The position numbers and the translations under genes are program-made. Below, piece after piece: positions 1 to 12,075 of a stretch of 64,000 nt of DNA. The DNA lies in contig SMSO01000014.1 in NCBI GenBank assembly GCA_004764695.1, positions 4,846,845-4,910,844 of the forward strand, given 5' to 3'. Below the pieces are notes generated by a model, which was not told where the DNA came from, searched no databases, and saw nothing but the letters and a program-made list of their open reading frames with translations. This DNA comes from Schizochytrium sp. TIO01. Its lineage: Eukaryota; Protista; Bigyra: Labyrinthulomycetes. Positions within the stretch are counted from its first letter, which is position 1. Each line of letters opens with the position of its first letter.

Positions 1-525
1 TTTTGCATGGAGATTTGTTGCTGTAATGCTCGTGGTGTATGAATTTCACAAAGAAGAACAACCAAGTTTCATAATCAAGAGAATGGAAGGGAAGTCAAAA
101 TTAAAGACATCTTTTTTAAAGATCATTGTACATAACTAGGAAAAAAGTGAATGGTTTTGCTAAGCCAGCGAAAACCACAATCTACTTTTGTGAATACCTC
201 ACGCTTTAGCGTTGCAGGTTTTTCACATACCGCGTTTCGCGTATGCGTGCATCAGCTGGGATTTATGGTTACTAGAGTAACTCCGATAATTATCATTCCT
301 TCGACCACGTCTTAAAGATCTTGAAATCTAGTCTAAACGAACCAGGAATTATGAGAAAGCCTTGCCGGCGCGTGAAAAGAAACTAAATGGCTATTGCTAT
401 ATTCACATAAGCACGAATGGCTCTGGTCTATATAATGCAGGTTTTCGATGTCCAATATAGTAGTTTCATCACAAAGCAAGATGGTCATTTGAACAAGCAA
501 AGCACCTCGAGAAGTTAATATCAAA

Positions 526-953
526 TCATGATGATGCCTGCACAGGGTTAAGCGCTTTAAGGTAAAGTTTGGCGTTGAGGCAGCGGTCCCAAGTATCACG
601 CTCCGAGAAGGTCTCCTTGTCACAGCCCATCTGGTTATACAAAGTATACGCAGACTTGACAGCATCAGTGGATGGCACGTGTTCCGGGTCCTGCGCCAGC
701 GAGACGCGCTCCTTCTTGTAAATGGCGCTCAGCTCCGCCATGACGGCTTCGACGTTGTTGGTGGCCATTCTGATTCTCCTAAACTACCTAACTCGCAAGT
801 TTCGCTTTTGCTTTCCACAGCCGCAAAGTCGTCCAATTCCTTCACTTGCTGGCAGTTTTGAGGCAGGGAGTTTTCCTCACCTCGAGTTGAGAGTTTGCTG
901 GTCGCTCGGGCTCTTTGCTTTTTGGTGTCAACAATTGTCTCTTCCATCGTCAA
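526..953 (-). pseudogene. Possible degraded gene fragment (two overlapping protein-like ORFs, unknown product)
   Basis: ORFs 729..953 and 526..768 overlap in different frames and read as globular/charged protein behind an A-rich leader; no family recognised. Confidence 0.2.
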
Positions 954-3509
954 TTTTTTTTCAAAATTGACAAAACTCTTTTTGTTCTTGCGCTCCCGCC
1001 GTGGTCCAATAAGACTTATATAGCGCCTCCATAGGAGCTATTTTCTATGAACCATGGGTTCTCAGTGAATAGAGTATGCACGAGATTGACGTTTCTCCGG
1101 GGACACTCAAAACTACCTCCACTGCCTCTCTTGCGTTTGTCCCGTGAATTGGCCAACATTAGTGACATTCTTCCAAAAGGGGATACTATAGGATAAAGTG
1201 ACAATATAGTTTTTCCGGCCTAAGTATGACGTTTTGAGAAGAGTACTCTCTCACTTCCTACTATACCATAAGCAGAGGGGACAAATGAGAGGATTACCGA
1301 TTAGATTTATGTACCTAACTACATAAACCGTGCCTACCTAGTACCTATTAAGTATGGGTATTTGGACCGTTAAATGTAAAATAGACCCTTTAAATGGGTT
1401 GCGGCAGTGATGATTGTAGGAGGTAGGGAAACACCTCTCGGCAAATGCTGACTTCGTTTGCGTGGCATACGCTTGGTGCTACTGTTGAGCAACTCGAAGT
1501 CATCGTGTCAATGTTCTGAGGACGTTGCTTTCTAGAGCCCCGGAATTTAGTGTCGAACGCCAAAATAAGCACTTGCCGAAGATGAGCTGCTGTAGAAGAA
1601 CTGAGGAACCTGAGATCAGTTGATTATTTTCGTAACCTAAAAGAGAATAAGTATACACAAGATTACCTATCAAATGGCGGTATTAGCTAGATAGAGCTCC
1701 CCATGAAAATAACTTTATGAACTTTGAAAAGCCGCAATATGTTCCTTTCACAGGAAATGTGAGATAGTGCTAGGCGAGATGCTAAGAACTCCTCTCACGC
1801 CTAATGTTCTTCAAGTTGCCGTACCTCGAGACTGATCCATGAAAGAACTCTTTTACTAGATGATGTTGAATACGATAAGGTGGGAAAGCTTGTAGTTATT
1901 GAAGAATTGTGACACAATGGATCATTGTGTGCAAATTAACGTTGCACAAAGTATCAGGGAGAGTTATTTTTCGACAATCGATTGATTTGCCGTGTGCTTG
2001 AGGGTATTTGGGGCGGGGCCACAGTTTGATCTTCCCCAGAAATCTCATTGAATTTTAAGGAATCACGAGCGATTGATCTGACGTTTTCACTGTGAGTAAT
2101 TAGCCTGCTTTTGGATAACTGCATCAAAAGTTATACCGCTAAAGTTCATTTTAAACTGTTAGTGAATACACCCCTGTTCAACGAGAGAGAAAACACGAAG
2201 AGAAGGAGACCCAACGTAGATATACAAAAGCATACAAATTTTGAAAACTCCATTGCATGCAGATACCAGCGATAAAGATGAGAAGACGTCCTATTGTTTC
2301 GGCTACTCGGGCCATACTTGAAAAAACGAAGGCCAAGAAATTGCTTGGTTCCATATACAAGGGCTGAGAAAAATGCAACAGTAAGGTACGGGATCAGCTT
2401 CGAGTTATTCAAGTAGTAAGACTCTGCTATCTTCTATATTGTTCGCATTTGATGAGGAGTATCATAAGTTTGTTTCTAAAGGTTTTCGCTCAAACCAGCA
2501 TCCCGCTCGGTTCTACATTATGATGTTTGTTTGTTCTAAATTGATCAATGAATCCATTCAACATAAGAAAGACCCTCTGCCAGTTTGTGGATCAAGCAAT
2601 CAATTACCTAGGAAGTGAATTTCTGGATCAGTTCTTTGCTAAACGAATCAATAAAAGGCAAGAAGTAGTTTCGTTACTCGAATCCTTCTCAAGCTTTCTT
2701 TTACTTTCGCCACTTTGTATTGACTTCCAATTTTAGGTTCAGCATGTGCACACCTTCCAAGTCATTTCTGACCATCATTGTTATTCTCCATATTCGCCAA
2801 AATAACTCAGTCAGAGCCCAAAACAGTACATGGCAATACTGAAATGGTGCTCTAGGGTCTTTAAAATCGAAGGGGTTATATGATTTTCTCCCTACCATAG
2901 TCTTTCCCATTCTGTACGGTTGGTTGTGCAGCCTTTATCCAGTCTTTGGTCTTTCGACAGTATCTAAGTGAGGTTATTGGCCAAAACTAAAAGTAATCGA
3001 TATCAAGAAGAAGTTAAATGACACAGATTCTAAGGGTAATACTCGTAGTGACCCTCGCGTTTAAGGCAGTGACCGAGTAATCGAGATACCATCAAATTAA
3101 CCGGAAATTATACAAATAGATCTTAAGTGTAAGTGTCGTTTTGCTCGCTTTGTGTTTAGCCCAATTCAACTTTAAGTCGGTAGTACTCTTTTAAAATTCA
3201 ACACATACACACTCGAGCCTGCACATAGAGCTTTTTCATCAGACGTACGCAAATCAATGCTCGTCAGCGCTTTTGCAGTCCTATTTCCCAGTTGTCTCTC
3301 GCCAGGATCTCTCTCTCCACGAGCGTGCGCGAGACAAGCAAGACCTTGAATTTCAACTTCAATTCACAAGCGGCATGACCCCAAAACACGAGTCCATTTG
3401 CCCCTTGTCTCTTAACAAGACACCGCCCCGGGACTTGCTCCTTTCTTTTCTTCTTTTCTTTCGCAAACATAGCCTGACTAATTAGATGAATTGGTATATC
3501 AATTACCTA

Positions 3510-3622
3510 ATAAGCAAGTTAAAACTAAGTTATAAGCGAGTTAAAAAATTAAGTTATAAGCGAGTTAAAACTAAGTTATAAGTGAGTTAAAACTGATTTA
3601 CAAGTGAGTTAAAACTAAGTTA
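3510..3622. repeat. AT-rich minisatellite, ~22-bp unit (TAAGTTATAAGYGAGTTAAAAC), ~5 degenerate copies
   Basis: Directly visible tandem units without unique spacers. Confidence 0.85.
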
Positions 3623-3970
3623 AGAACAGTAAATTACAAGTAGTTATAACTCCGGGTCTCTTCGCAGCGCCACCCCGCGATACCCTCTTCACTACCGCTG
3701 TCGTCTCCTCAGACAGGCAATCAATCCATTGCTCGCCAATCCAATTTCCGGAGGGCCCTCGATACGTACAAGTCAGCGGTGCAGAAAGCTATGCACGCTA
3801 GAAAGCTCGGCGCTCGAGGCGCCTGTGGACTGCTCAAATGGGCTTGCTTTTGATTCTCCAGGAGATGAGATGCATGCCGCATTTGCATGCATGTTCCATT
3901 CCATCCCATCTTCACCTTTCAGAAAGTAAGAGAACAGAACCGGAGAACAGAACAGATATAACCAGACAAG

Positions 3971-4018
3971 AGAAAAGAAAAGAAAAGAAAAGAAAAGAAA
4001 AGAAACGAAACGAAAAGA
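3971..4018. repeat. (GAAAA)n microsatellite
   Basis: Directly visible. Confidence 0.9.
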
Positions 4019-5224
4019 ACACTTAGTCCAATCACCATATGACGGATGCCTCAGCTGGCTAGTGAAAGCCAGTTTTACCATTCCTTCGCGCCTTCGCTTC
4101 TACCTGAGCAGAGCTTTCTCTCTGCTCCATAGCGTAGCGGCGCTCAGGCTCTGCCTATCGTACCCTGAGGCCAGCTTCGTCGGTCTTTCGCAGAGGTTTC
4201 AACTGCGCTTCGTGAGCAACGGATTCCGCAGGTAAGTAAGAAAGTAAGCAAGCAAGCAAGTAACCACTTTGTAGCTAGTAAGTGTGTCAAAAAGAAGACT
4301 CAGAGGGAAACAGAAAGAGAAGAAAAGAACGGCTATGCATCGCATAAGGGGCCCTAACGTGAAAAAGAACAAGATGGAGACGACCACACTCAAACCAGCG
4401 ACCGTCTTCCTCGATTAATTAAAAGGAAGTAAAACTAACTGTATATATACGCTGTACCATAGTGAGTAAAATGTTCGAAGGAAAGGGACGCTATTACCTT
4501 ACCCACTCACTCTACGGCAGCACAGAGAGACGAAAAAGAATAGAATAGGAAAGAAGAGAAAAGAAAAGGAGAGAAAAGAAAAGAGAAGAAAAGAAAAGGT
4601 ACACAACAAACGATAAAAAGGGTTCTGCGGCCAGGGAAGACTCCTAGTGTTTGGGGTAAGAGGCCACTAACCTCGGCTGGTCTTTCAAGTTTTAATTAGG
4701 CCTCGACCATGGCGCTCAGAGAGAACGTTGAGGCAGCCGACTCGAAGCCGCAGAAGCTGGCTGGAGATGCGGGCTTCAAGATGGCACAGAGTAGCACCAT
4801 TTGAGACGCCAGCTGACGCCTCGCAAGGCCTCACGAAGGCCGTGGAATGGCAGAGTTCACGGAGCCGAGGCGCGTAAAATCGTGCAAGGCGGCTTAGCTC
4901 CTAGGCCGGCGTAGTGGGCTCGTAGCTGGAAGTACAAATGCCACAAATGGCGCGTGCGAAGGATAAGGGAATGGGGGCAGGGAGAGGAAGAGTTCTAAGG
5001 AGGGAGAGAGGTCAATAAAGCGAAGAGCCCTGAGTAGTACTTAGCGCGTGGGTAGCGATTGTGGTGTTTGGTGTGTTTCTCTTTCTTTCCCAGTTTCAAG
5101 AAAGAGTGAAGAACGAACAGAAAGAAGAGTGTTTTTGTTTTTTTGTTTTTTAAAAAAATTAATTAAGTTAAATTTAAATTATGCGGGACTGTACTTTAGA
5201 GTGAGTTATTAATATTAGTTTGGT

Positions 5225-5369
5225 AAAGAAAGAATGAAAGAAAGAATGAAAGAATGAATGAAAGAATGAATGAAAGAATGAAAGAATGAATGAGTGAAAG
5301 AATGAATGAAAGAATGAATGAAAGAATGAATGAAAGAATGAATGAAAGAATGAATGAAAGAATGAATGA
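5225..5369. repeat. Compound (GAAT/GAAA)n microsatellite running into the ATG of the downstream ORF
   Basis: Directly visible. Confidence 0.9.
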
Positions 5370-7423
5370 ATAACTACTATGACACGAGACAGACCGACGC
5401 CTCGTCGATCAAACCTGAAAGAAAGCCTCGAGAGGCGCCCGGAGCGGCAGTCTCTACGACGGTGCAAGGGGCCTCTGCGGCGTCCGCCCCTGGCGGCTGG
5501 CGGCGGTCTGCGCTCGTGCGTCGAGCGCCCTTCGAACCGCAGCCCGCGCAGACTGGCCCCTCGCTCCTGGCACCACTCTCGCCTGCAGCAGTGACCTTCA
5601 CCTCCTCCTTGCAACAGCAACAGGCACCACAGGTAGCACAGGCCAAGAACTCAGCAACGCAGACTCCAACGGAGTCAGGCAGCTGGAACGGGGGTAGCAA
5701 CAAAGGCTCTAGCGGCCTTGACGACGAGAGCAAGCGTCTCTTGAGCAAGTTAGACAATCTCCATAGGTTCAACAAATCTGACGAGGAATTTGACCAAACC
5801 CTCGATCAAAACAGATTCGACGATAGGAACAGCCAGAAAAACGAGATCAAAAACGAAAACACCGCTGATTATAGCAAAGGAAATCTTGAGAGCTACGAAT
5901 TTGGAGGAGGCTTCAAGCACGCTAGGTTTGGGCGCAAGTACGAGGCGAACGAGCTCACGTTCAGTAAGGTCAGAAGCAAGACTCAGAGTGGGAAGTCTGC
6001 TCTTTGGAGGAAATCGAGTAAAGACAAATCTGGAGGAGACCAGGGCCGGAAAAGAAGTAGGTCCATTGAACTTAAGGAGAAGAAGAGGAGGCGTTGTTGT
6101 CGAGCGTGTCGGATTGGCTTGCGTAACGCATTTTCTAAACTCTTACGCAAAATGAGCTATGCAATGGCAAAGTCGGGAGATACCCGAGGCACCGGCAGCG
6201 ATGACTTCAAGGATGTAGACCTCCATGAAGGCGATGAAGGAAGATCTGGATTCCAAGCATTCTCCCTGGGTGCAGACGAAGCAATGTCATCGCGAAGGGT
6301 CTTTGCAGTGCGCGGAAACTCTCTCAAGCAGGGCCCGCACATGAAGTTTTCTTTCCGATGGCTCATGTCTGTGAATGGTCTTGAGTATGTACAACTAGTG
6401 CTGTGGCTTATCAAGGATTGGTCTTGGTCACAGGTTCACTGGCTTTACCCTGGTGTCATTTGCGGAACCCTTGCGGTCGTTGTTAGCATCTACCTCGTAG
6501 TTATGTCCGTGCGCGAGGATGTTTACTCTGAGGCTTTCTTGGCCATGGGTACCCTTCTTTGGCTCTGTGCAAACTACGTGTGGATGATGGGCGAGCTACT
6601 GCAGGAGAATGTTTTGGATGACGAGGATTTTGGCGAGGAATTGTACAACACTTCATACGAGATCGCAAAGTACACCACTTTGGTCTCAGTCATTTGGGTC
6701 AACTTGTACTTTTGGGCGATGATCCCACTTAATATCTTCTGGGAGGAACAAGGCAGTGAGCTCGTGGCCATCATTAACCACAATTCGCCACCGCCGCGCT
6801 TTCGCTACATCTTCCGCACCTTCCGTGAGTACGAGTCTCTGCATCTCTTCTTCTGGAGTGTAAAGGACATGCTCTGGGCCTGGAACTCAAAGTGGGGTTA
6901 CCTTGTTTTCTTTTTTCCCACAATGCTCCTCAACATGGACCTTCTCTACCTTTTTGCCACACACCGCGACCAGGCCATCGATTTCTGGCACTACCTCTCC
7001 ATGTTCTTTTGGCTCTTTGCCAACGGACTCTGGGCCTTTGGCGAGCTCTACCGCGAGCTGCCTAACGACGACGCCATTACCGATGACCAGTGGGATGCCT
7101 ATGCCTGGCCCACGCTGCCCCTGCCTAATGAGCATTTTTCGGCGCGTTACGCAGCAGGGTTTTTCATGATGGCCGCTGCCGTAACGCTGCTCGTCTTTTA
7201 TGTATATTGGATTTGCTTCGCGAGAATCAAACCAGGCGTTTATTCCTCGGATATCGAGGTGCGCGAGAGCGAAACACATGATGTCAAGCCTCTGCCTCGT
7301 CAAGACCGCGACTTTGGTGCAGAACTCGAGTCTATTGCCGTTGTTGCACCTTTGGGGACTTACGAGGGCATAGAGTCCAATTCAACCGACGCGACCGATC
7401 ATCACGGCCTCGTGCACATCTAG
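5366..7423 (+). CDS. Multi-pass membrane protein of unknown function with a disordered N-terminus and an internally duplicated TM module
   Basis: 685-aa ORF; several hydrophobic helices; repeated motifs LWLIKDWSW/FWSVKDMLW and LWLCANYVWMMGEL/FWLFANGLWAFGEL; start uncertain because the ATG lies in a microsatellite. Confidence 0.8.
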   Translation: MNNYYDTRQTDASSIKPERKPREAPGAAVSTTVQGASAASAPGGWRRSALVRRAPFEPQPAQTGPSLLAPLSPAAVTFTSSLQQQQAPQVAQAKNSATQTPTESGSWNGGSNKGSSGLDDESKRLLSKLDNLHRFNKSDEEFDQTLDQNRFDDRNSQKNEIKNENTADYSKGNLESYEFGGGFKHARFGRKYEANELTFSKVRSKTQSGKSALWRKSSKDKSGGDQGRKRSRSIELKEKKRRRCCRACRIGLRNAFSKLLRKMSYAMAKSGDTRGTGSDDFKDVDLHEGDEGRSGFQAFSLGADEAMSSRRVFAVRGNSLKQGPHMKFSFRWLMSVNGLEYVQLVLWLIKDWSWSQVHWLYPGVICGTLAVVVSIYLVVMSVREDVYSEAFLAMGTLLWLCANYVWMMGELLQENVLDDEDFGEELYNTSYEIAKYTTLVSVIWVNLYFWAMIPLNIFWEEQGSELVAIINHNSPPPRFRYIFRTFREYESLHLFFWSVKDMLWAWNSKWGYLVFFFPTMLLNMDLLYLFATHRDQAIDFWHYLSMFFWLFANGLWAFGELYRELPNDDAITDDQWDAYAWPTLPLPNEHFSARYAAGFFMMAAAVTLLVFYVYWICFARIKPGVYSSDIEVRESETHDVKPLPRQDRDFGAELESIAVVAPLGTYEGIESNSTDATDHHGLVHI

Positions 7424-9054
7424 CGCAGCTTGCGCTTCGACCACCAGCAACAGAGACAGACCTTCTATATGAAAAACTACTCCACGAACCTTTTCTCCTC
7501 CGCAGGATAGCTCTACTTTGGCTGACTTGCTTTTCTATTTCCATTTCTTTATAATGCGTTTCTCCCATACCCTGATGTCTGATGTGATGATGCAAAGCTT
7601 TTGATAAATGATGTTTGATGATAGTCTTAATTTACCTCTCATAACATTTTGTGGATATGATGAGCACACGAGGCACTTTGTCCAAAGTCTCAGTCTATTT
7701 GTGTCTTTTCAAAGACATGCTGAGAATCCTGCAGCATAGAAATGCGCTTTCCTTACCGTTCTGCAGAAAGTTATTATTTCGTTAGATAGCTGTCTTTCGT
7801 CTATGAATGGAAAGAAATACCAGAGAATAGGCGCTTAATTTCGCTTTGCAACGCGGGCCATTGGGAATCAATTACGCAACATGTTCGACTAGTTTAATTT
7901 CTGTTCAGGTTCTCTAGCGCCTTCGCAGATCAGGGAACAAACTCAAACATTTTTTTGGTCCATTCCATTTTACCTGTTTAGCATTCCAAACAAACTGAGG
8001 TTGGTAAACCACAGATAGGGCACCTTGCCTTAAGTTATCATGTTATCATGTTGCTACTTCAACCCCCCTTTGACGCGGCTGCGTGCGACACGAAATGTGC
8101 TTCTTCTTGTTGGGCCGAAACAGTGCATTTTTATAACGTGGAGGTTACCCGCTTCCGTAGTACACATGGTGAAACCAGGCTTTAGGTAGTGCATGTTAGG
8201 GCAGTGGTAGCTAGCTGTCAATGGCACTTCTTTCTGAGCCTGTGTACATTGTTCCCTCTCCAATAAGGAGTCAGCATACCTATCTAAGCAATCCAAGTAA
8301 ATATCTGCCTAATAAATCTCATCTCTGTTGAGGATGCGTTGACGAATCTGCAAGTTAAAACCCAGAACTCTGCAAGAGCTTCACCCGTGTCATTCAACTC
8401 TTCGAGAGACTTTCCTCTCACGGCATAGAGATTTCATGAGCATAGCCATGTTCTGGATTGCTTTTCTCCATCCACTTGCAAGCCCGTGCTTCGTCTGGGG
8501 CGAAGAATCGCCTGAGCAAGAGTTGCTGTGAGGTTTCACGATTTTCACCATCTTTCTGTGTCTCACTCTCATTCGCAGCCTTTTCCCAAGTGCCATATTG
8601 AACTTGTATTAAAATGTCAGTAGCACGTCGTATGTTCCCGTAAAAGAACTACGACAGCAACTAAAGAGCGGCGGACGAGCAATCTCGGTCCTCACGCGTT
8701 GAAGACAAAGTGCAATCAACGCGAGGCCAGCGCGGCTTTCGCGACGCCAAGCGCCACTCACAGAGGGCCCCGGAAACTCGAGGCCTGCGGTTTGTCAGTG
8801 AGCTGGCGAGGCTGCGGGCACCACGCCGAGATACTGGTGGATACTGTGACACGTAAATCTAGCTCGAGGGTGGGTAAACTAAACGCCTTGAGCCAAAGAA
8901 AAACGACGTAGTTGAGGCCATAGTAGATATCTGTTACTCTCAACAACGGCGACGGCGACATTCACAAGGAGCTCCTTAGGAAATATTGATCTTGGTGTCA
9001 CTTGTTTATAAGACTTTCGTGAGCATCGATTTGACTCTGACTTCATCATAATTC

Positions 9055-12000
9055 ATGGACCTTGGTGGCGAAAATTCAAGCGAAATGGGCCTTGATAACG
9101 AACGAAACACCCCTCTCCTATCGGGCCGAGATGGACATCCTGATCCCGTCAATGGCTTGGAAGATGGCGAATTCGTATACCCAGAGGCACTGCGGAGGCT
9201 TCCGAGTTTAACAGATTCAAAGCACAACTCTCAGTGGTTCAACTGGTCTTTTGCTTTCATTCAGAAACGAAAGTACTGGATCGTTGGCGTGTGGACAACA
9301 CTTCTGATTTGGGGAATGCTCACAGGGTTTAGGTACATCACGGAGGCTCGCGACGAGGCCTTTGCTCCCAAGGGGTCTCGAGCAGATATAGATACAAAGG
9401 CTTTCAGCGAAAGGTTTGCGGCGCAGTCCACTTCAGCACCACTACTCATCTTTGTATCATGCGAGACATGCACTGTAGCATGCCCCTCTGAAACGTGTGC
9501 GGCGTCTAAACACTGTGAAGGATATAATTCTGACATTGCACAGTTTAGCCATCAGTTGAAAGACAGTATCCTCTCTTATTCGGAGAAGCATGGCATAGGT
9601 TACCGCAATGAAGCGCTGGGATATTACTTCTTGGATGGGACACCCAAGGACAAAGCCAAGTGCCAATTTGTGAACAAGAATGGCCAGGCCACATTTCTTG
9701 TTTTCCAAGGCTCCAACGTGGTCGAGTCCAAGAAGCGGTATGATATGATTCGCGAAATTAATGAGGTTATCTTACCTTCATTGAACCCAAACTCAACCCT
9801 CTACAAAATTGGTGTCACAGGCTCGGACCCTATGCTGCGAGATGGGAGTACAGCTGCCGTGGAGCAATCTGAGATCATCGATGCTGTAACAATGCCTTTT
9901 GCGTTCGCTCTTCTGGGTTATATGATTCGCAGCTGGCGACTCTTGCTGATCTCATTGTTCAACATGGGTATTGCATTAATCGTTTCCTTTGGTGTACTTG
10001 CATTCCTATCTGATGTCATCAATCGCCCGCCCATGACAACAAACGCTTCATTCGTTGAAGTCCTTGGCCTTGCAATGAACACCGATTATGCTCTATTTAT
10101 GCTGCGCCGGTTGCGTGATGAGTCAAAGAATGGACGATCGCCAGAAATGGCAATTCGCATCATGCTTAGTCAAGCAGGGCATGTGGTGGTCATGTCTTCT
10201 TTAACTATTATCTGTGTCTTTGCCGGGTTTCTGTTCATGCGTTCAACAGAGCTCATGCTCCAGGGTCTTGCGTGTGTCACTGTGGTGCTCATGTGTCTTC
10301 TTGTCAACATGACCAACACCCCTGCACTTTTGTTCATTGCCCCAGACTTCTTCCTGAACTTCTCCTTCAATGAGAACAGTGGTGCGTCAAAACCTGCCAA
10401 CAACCCAGCCTCACAGGACGCAGATGTTGGCAGCTGCTGGAGTTCTCTCAGTCGTACCTTGTGTGGGTGCTTCCAAAACCAGGAAAGTTCTCAGGTTGCG
10501 CCCGAAGACTACACGCCTTTGCCAGGCACCTCCGTTGTTGCTGGAGCGCAAGCACATTCCGATTCTACTAACGAAACTTCAAATGGTGTTCATAATCACC
10601 GTCCTAGCCACTCCTCTTTGGCGTTGACCGAAGGAGGTGATATGGATGAGGATGAAGAGGCAGAGCCGAATAAGATGCGGGGCGGACCGTATGAAGGATG
10701 GTATTTCCGTTTCATCCTCTTTGTAACTGAGTGGCCCCGCAACCTTATTGTTCTAGTTAGTGTTTATGTTCTTATCATCCCTCTTGCAGTTCAAGCGCTA
10801 CGTCTGCAACGAAACTGCAACATTATTCAAGCCATACCGCGCGATTCGGATGCTGGGTATTGGTATAAACAAATGTTGCAGAGCTTTAGCGGAGGCATGG
10901 TGATGCCACTTTACATTAGTGTCGATGGACCACAAGACCACAATAATACACTTTTTGACTGGCGCACTGGTCCCGTCATGTTCGATCATCTTGCTGAGCT
11001 AACGCACGAGCTTGCTCAGCACACTGGTGTGGACGAGTCTGCCTTTAACTCAATTGCCATGGCGCAGGGTCGACGTGTTTATTTCTCAGAAGCAAAAATT
11101 CTTATGCATGAAAGGGGACTAGTTTGTAAGTTTCTGATGCATGATTTCTGTGAACTGTATGAATTTGCCTGGAAGCAGGGCGCAAATGAACTGAACACAT
11201 CTGCCCTCATTACTGTCATGGTGCCGTTTGACCCATTTGAGCATGGACGAATGGAAACCTTTATCAGACAAGTTTACGAAGTCATTGATAAGATTGAAAA
11301 ACCCAAACAAATTGAAGGCATCCATTTATCTGGTATGCAGCTCAACATGATTGAAAACATGCGAATCAGCTTTGACGAGTTTCCTCTGCTTGTAGGCATT
11401 ACCTGTGCAGTTGTCTTTTGCCTACTCGGTGTAATGCTAAAGAGCGCGTTCGTGATTGTGCGTCTCACTCTGACTGTAGTCTTACCTTTGGCTGGGGTCT
11501 TTGGCCTTTCTGTTCTGGTTTATCAGGACGGCATCTTGAACTTTACAGGAATTCCCCAACTTTCCTCTGGTCAAGACGGTCTCTTCTTCTATGTACCTCT
11601 CCTGTGTTTCACTATTTGTGTGGGCCTGGCTTTGGACTATGACACTTTGTGTATCGCGCGAGTGAAGGAACATCGTGAGCGTGGACTGGAAATTCGCGCA
11701 GCCATTCTTCGAGGAACTTGGGAGATTAGTACTACTGTTGTAAGCGCAGGAAGTATCATGGCAATTGCTTTCGCAGGATTGCTGCTTGCTACAACATTAG
11801 TGGTGAATCAGATGTCATTTATTTTGACTACCTCGGTATTGTTCGACAGCTTTATCATTCAGTGCTGTATGATGCCTTGTATCCTCTCCTTTGCTGACGA
11901 GATTGCATGGTGGCCAGCGCGTATGCCGCAGGAGCACCTCGTTACCCTTGATGAGGAAATTGAAACACGCAAGCTCTATTTTGCAAAGCTCAAGGCTGCC

Positions 12001-12075
12001 CAAGCCCAGCAGGTTCAAGAGCAACAACATGTAGAAGATCTAGAAGTTCACTCTACGCGCCCTGGGGAGCAGTAA
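9055..12075 (+). CDS. MMPL/RND-family membrane transporter
   Basis: 1006 aa; two-fold 1+5 TM architecture with large luminal loops; motifs GLAMNTDYALFMLRRLRDE and GLALDYDTLCIARVKEH; C-terminal WWP typical of MMPL proteins. Confidence 0.85.
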   Translation: MDLGGENSSEMGLDNERNTPLLSGRDGHPDPVNGLEDGEFVYPEALRRLPSLTDSKHNSQWFNWSFAFIQKRKYWIVGVWTTLLIWGMLTGFRYITEARDEAFAPKGSRADIDTKAFSERFAAQSTSAPLLIFVSCETCTVACPSETCAASKHCEGYNSDIAQFSHQLKDSILSYSEKHGIGYRNEALGYYFLDGTPKDKAKCQFVNKNGQATFLVFQGSNVVESKKRYDMIREINEVILPSLNPNSTLYKIGVTGSDPMLRDGSTAAVEQSEIIDAVTMPFAFALLGYMIRSWRLLLISLFNMGIALIVSFGVLAFLSDVINRPPMTTNASFVEVLGLAMNTDYALFMLRRLRDESKNGRSPEMAIRIMLSQAGHVVVMSSLTIICVFAGFLFMRSTELMLQGLACVTVVLMCLLVNMTNTPALLFIAPDFFLNFSFNENSGASKPANNPASQDADVGSCWSSLSRTLCGCFQNQESSQVAPEDYTPLPGTSVVAGAQAHSDSTNETSNGVHNHRPSHSSLALTEGGDMDEDEEAEPNKMRGGPYEGWYFRFILFVTEWPRNLIVLVSVYVLIIPLAVQALRLQRNCNIIQAIPRDSDAGYWYKQMLQSFSGGMVMPLYISVDGPQDHNNTLFDWRTGPVMFDHLAELTHELAQHTGVDESAFNSIAMAQGRRVYFSEAKILMHERGLVCKFLMHDFCELYEFAWKQGANELNTSALITVMVPFDPFEHGRMETFIRQVYEVIDKIEKPKQIEGIHLSGMQLNMIENMRISFDEFPLLVGITCAVVFCLLGVMLKSAFVIVRLTLTVVLPLAGVFGLSVLVYQDGILNFTGIPQLSSGQDGLFFYVPLLCFTICVGLALDYDTLCIARVKEHRERGLEIRAAILRGTWEISTTVVSAGSIMAIAFAGLLLATTLVVNQMSFILTTSVLFDSFIIQCCMMPCILSFADEIAWWPARMPQEHLVTLDEEIETRKLYFAKLKAAQAQQVQEQQHVEDLEVHSTRPGEQ

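Noticed and set aside
3510-3622. CRISPR-like array
   Set aside because: Units are contiguous with no unique spacers, there are no cas genes and the context is eukaryotic
5174-5620. 148-aa minus-strand ORF with HSFF repeats
   Set aside because: Translation of the GAAT/GAAA microsatellite and antisense to a real gene
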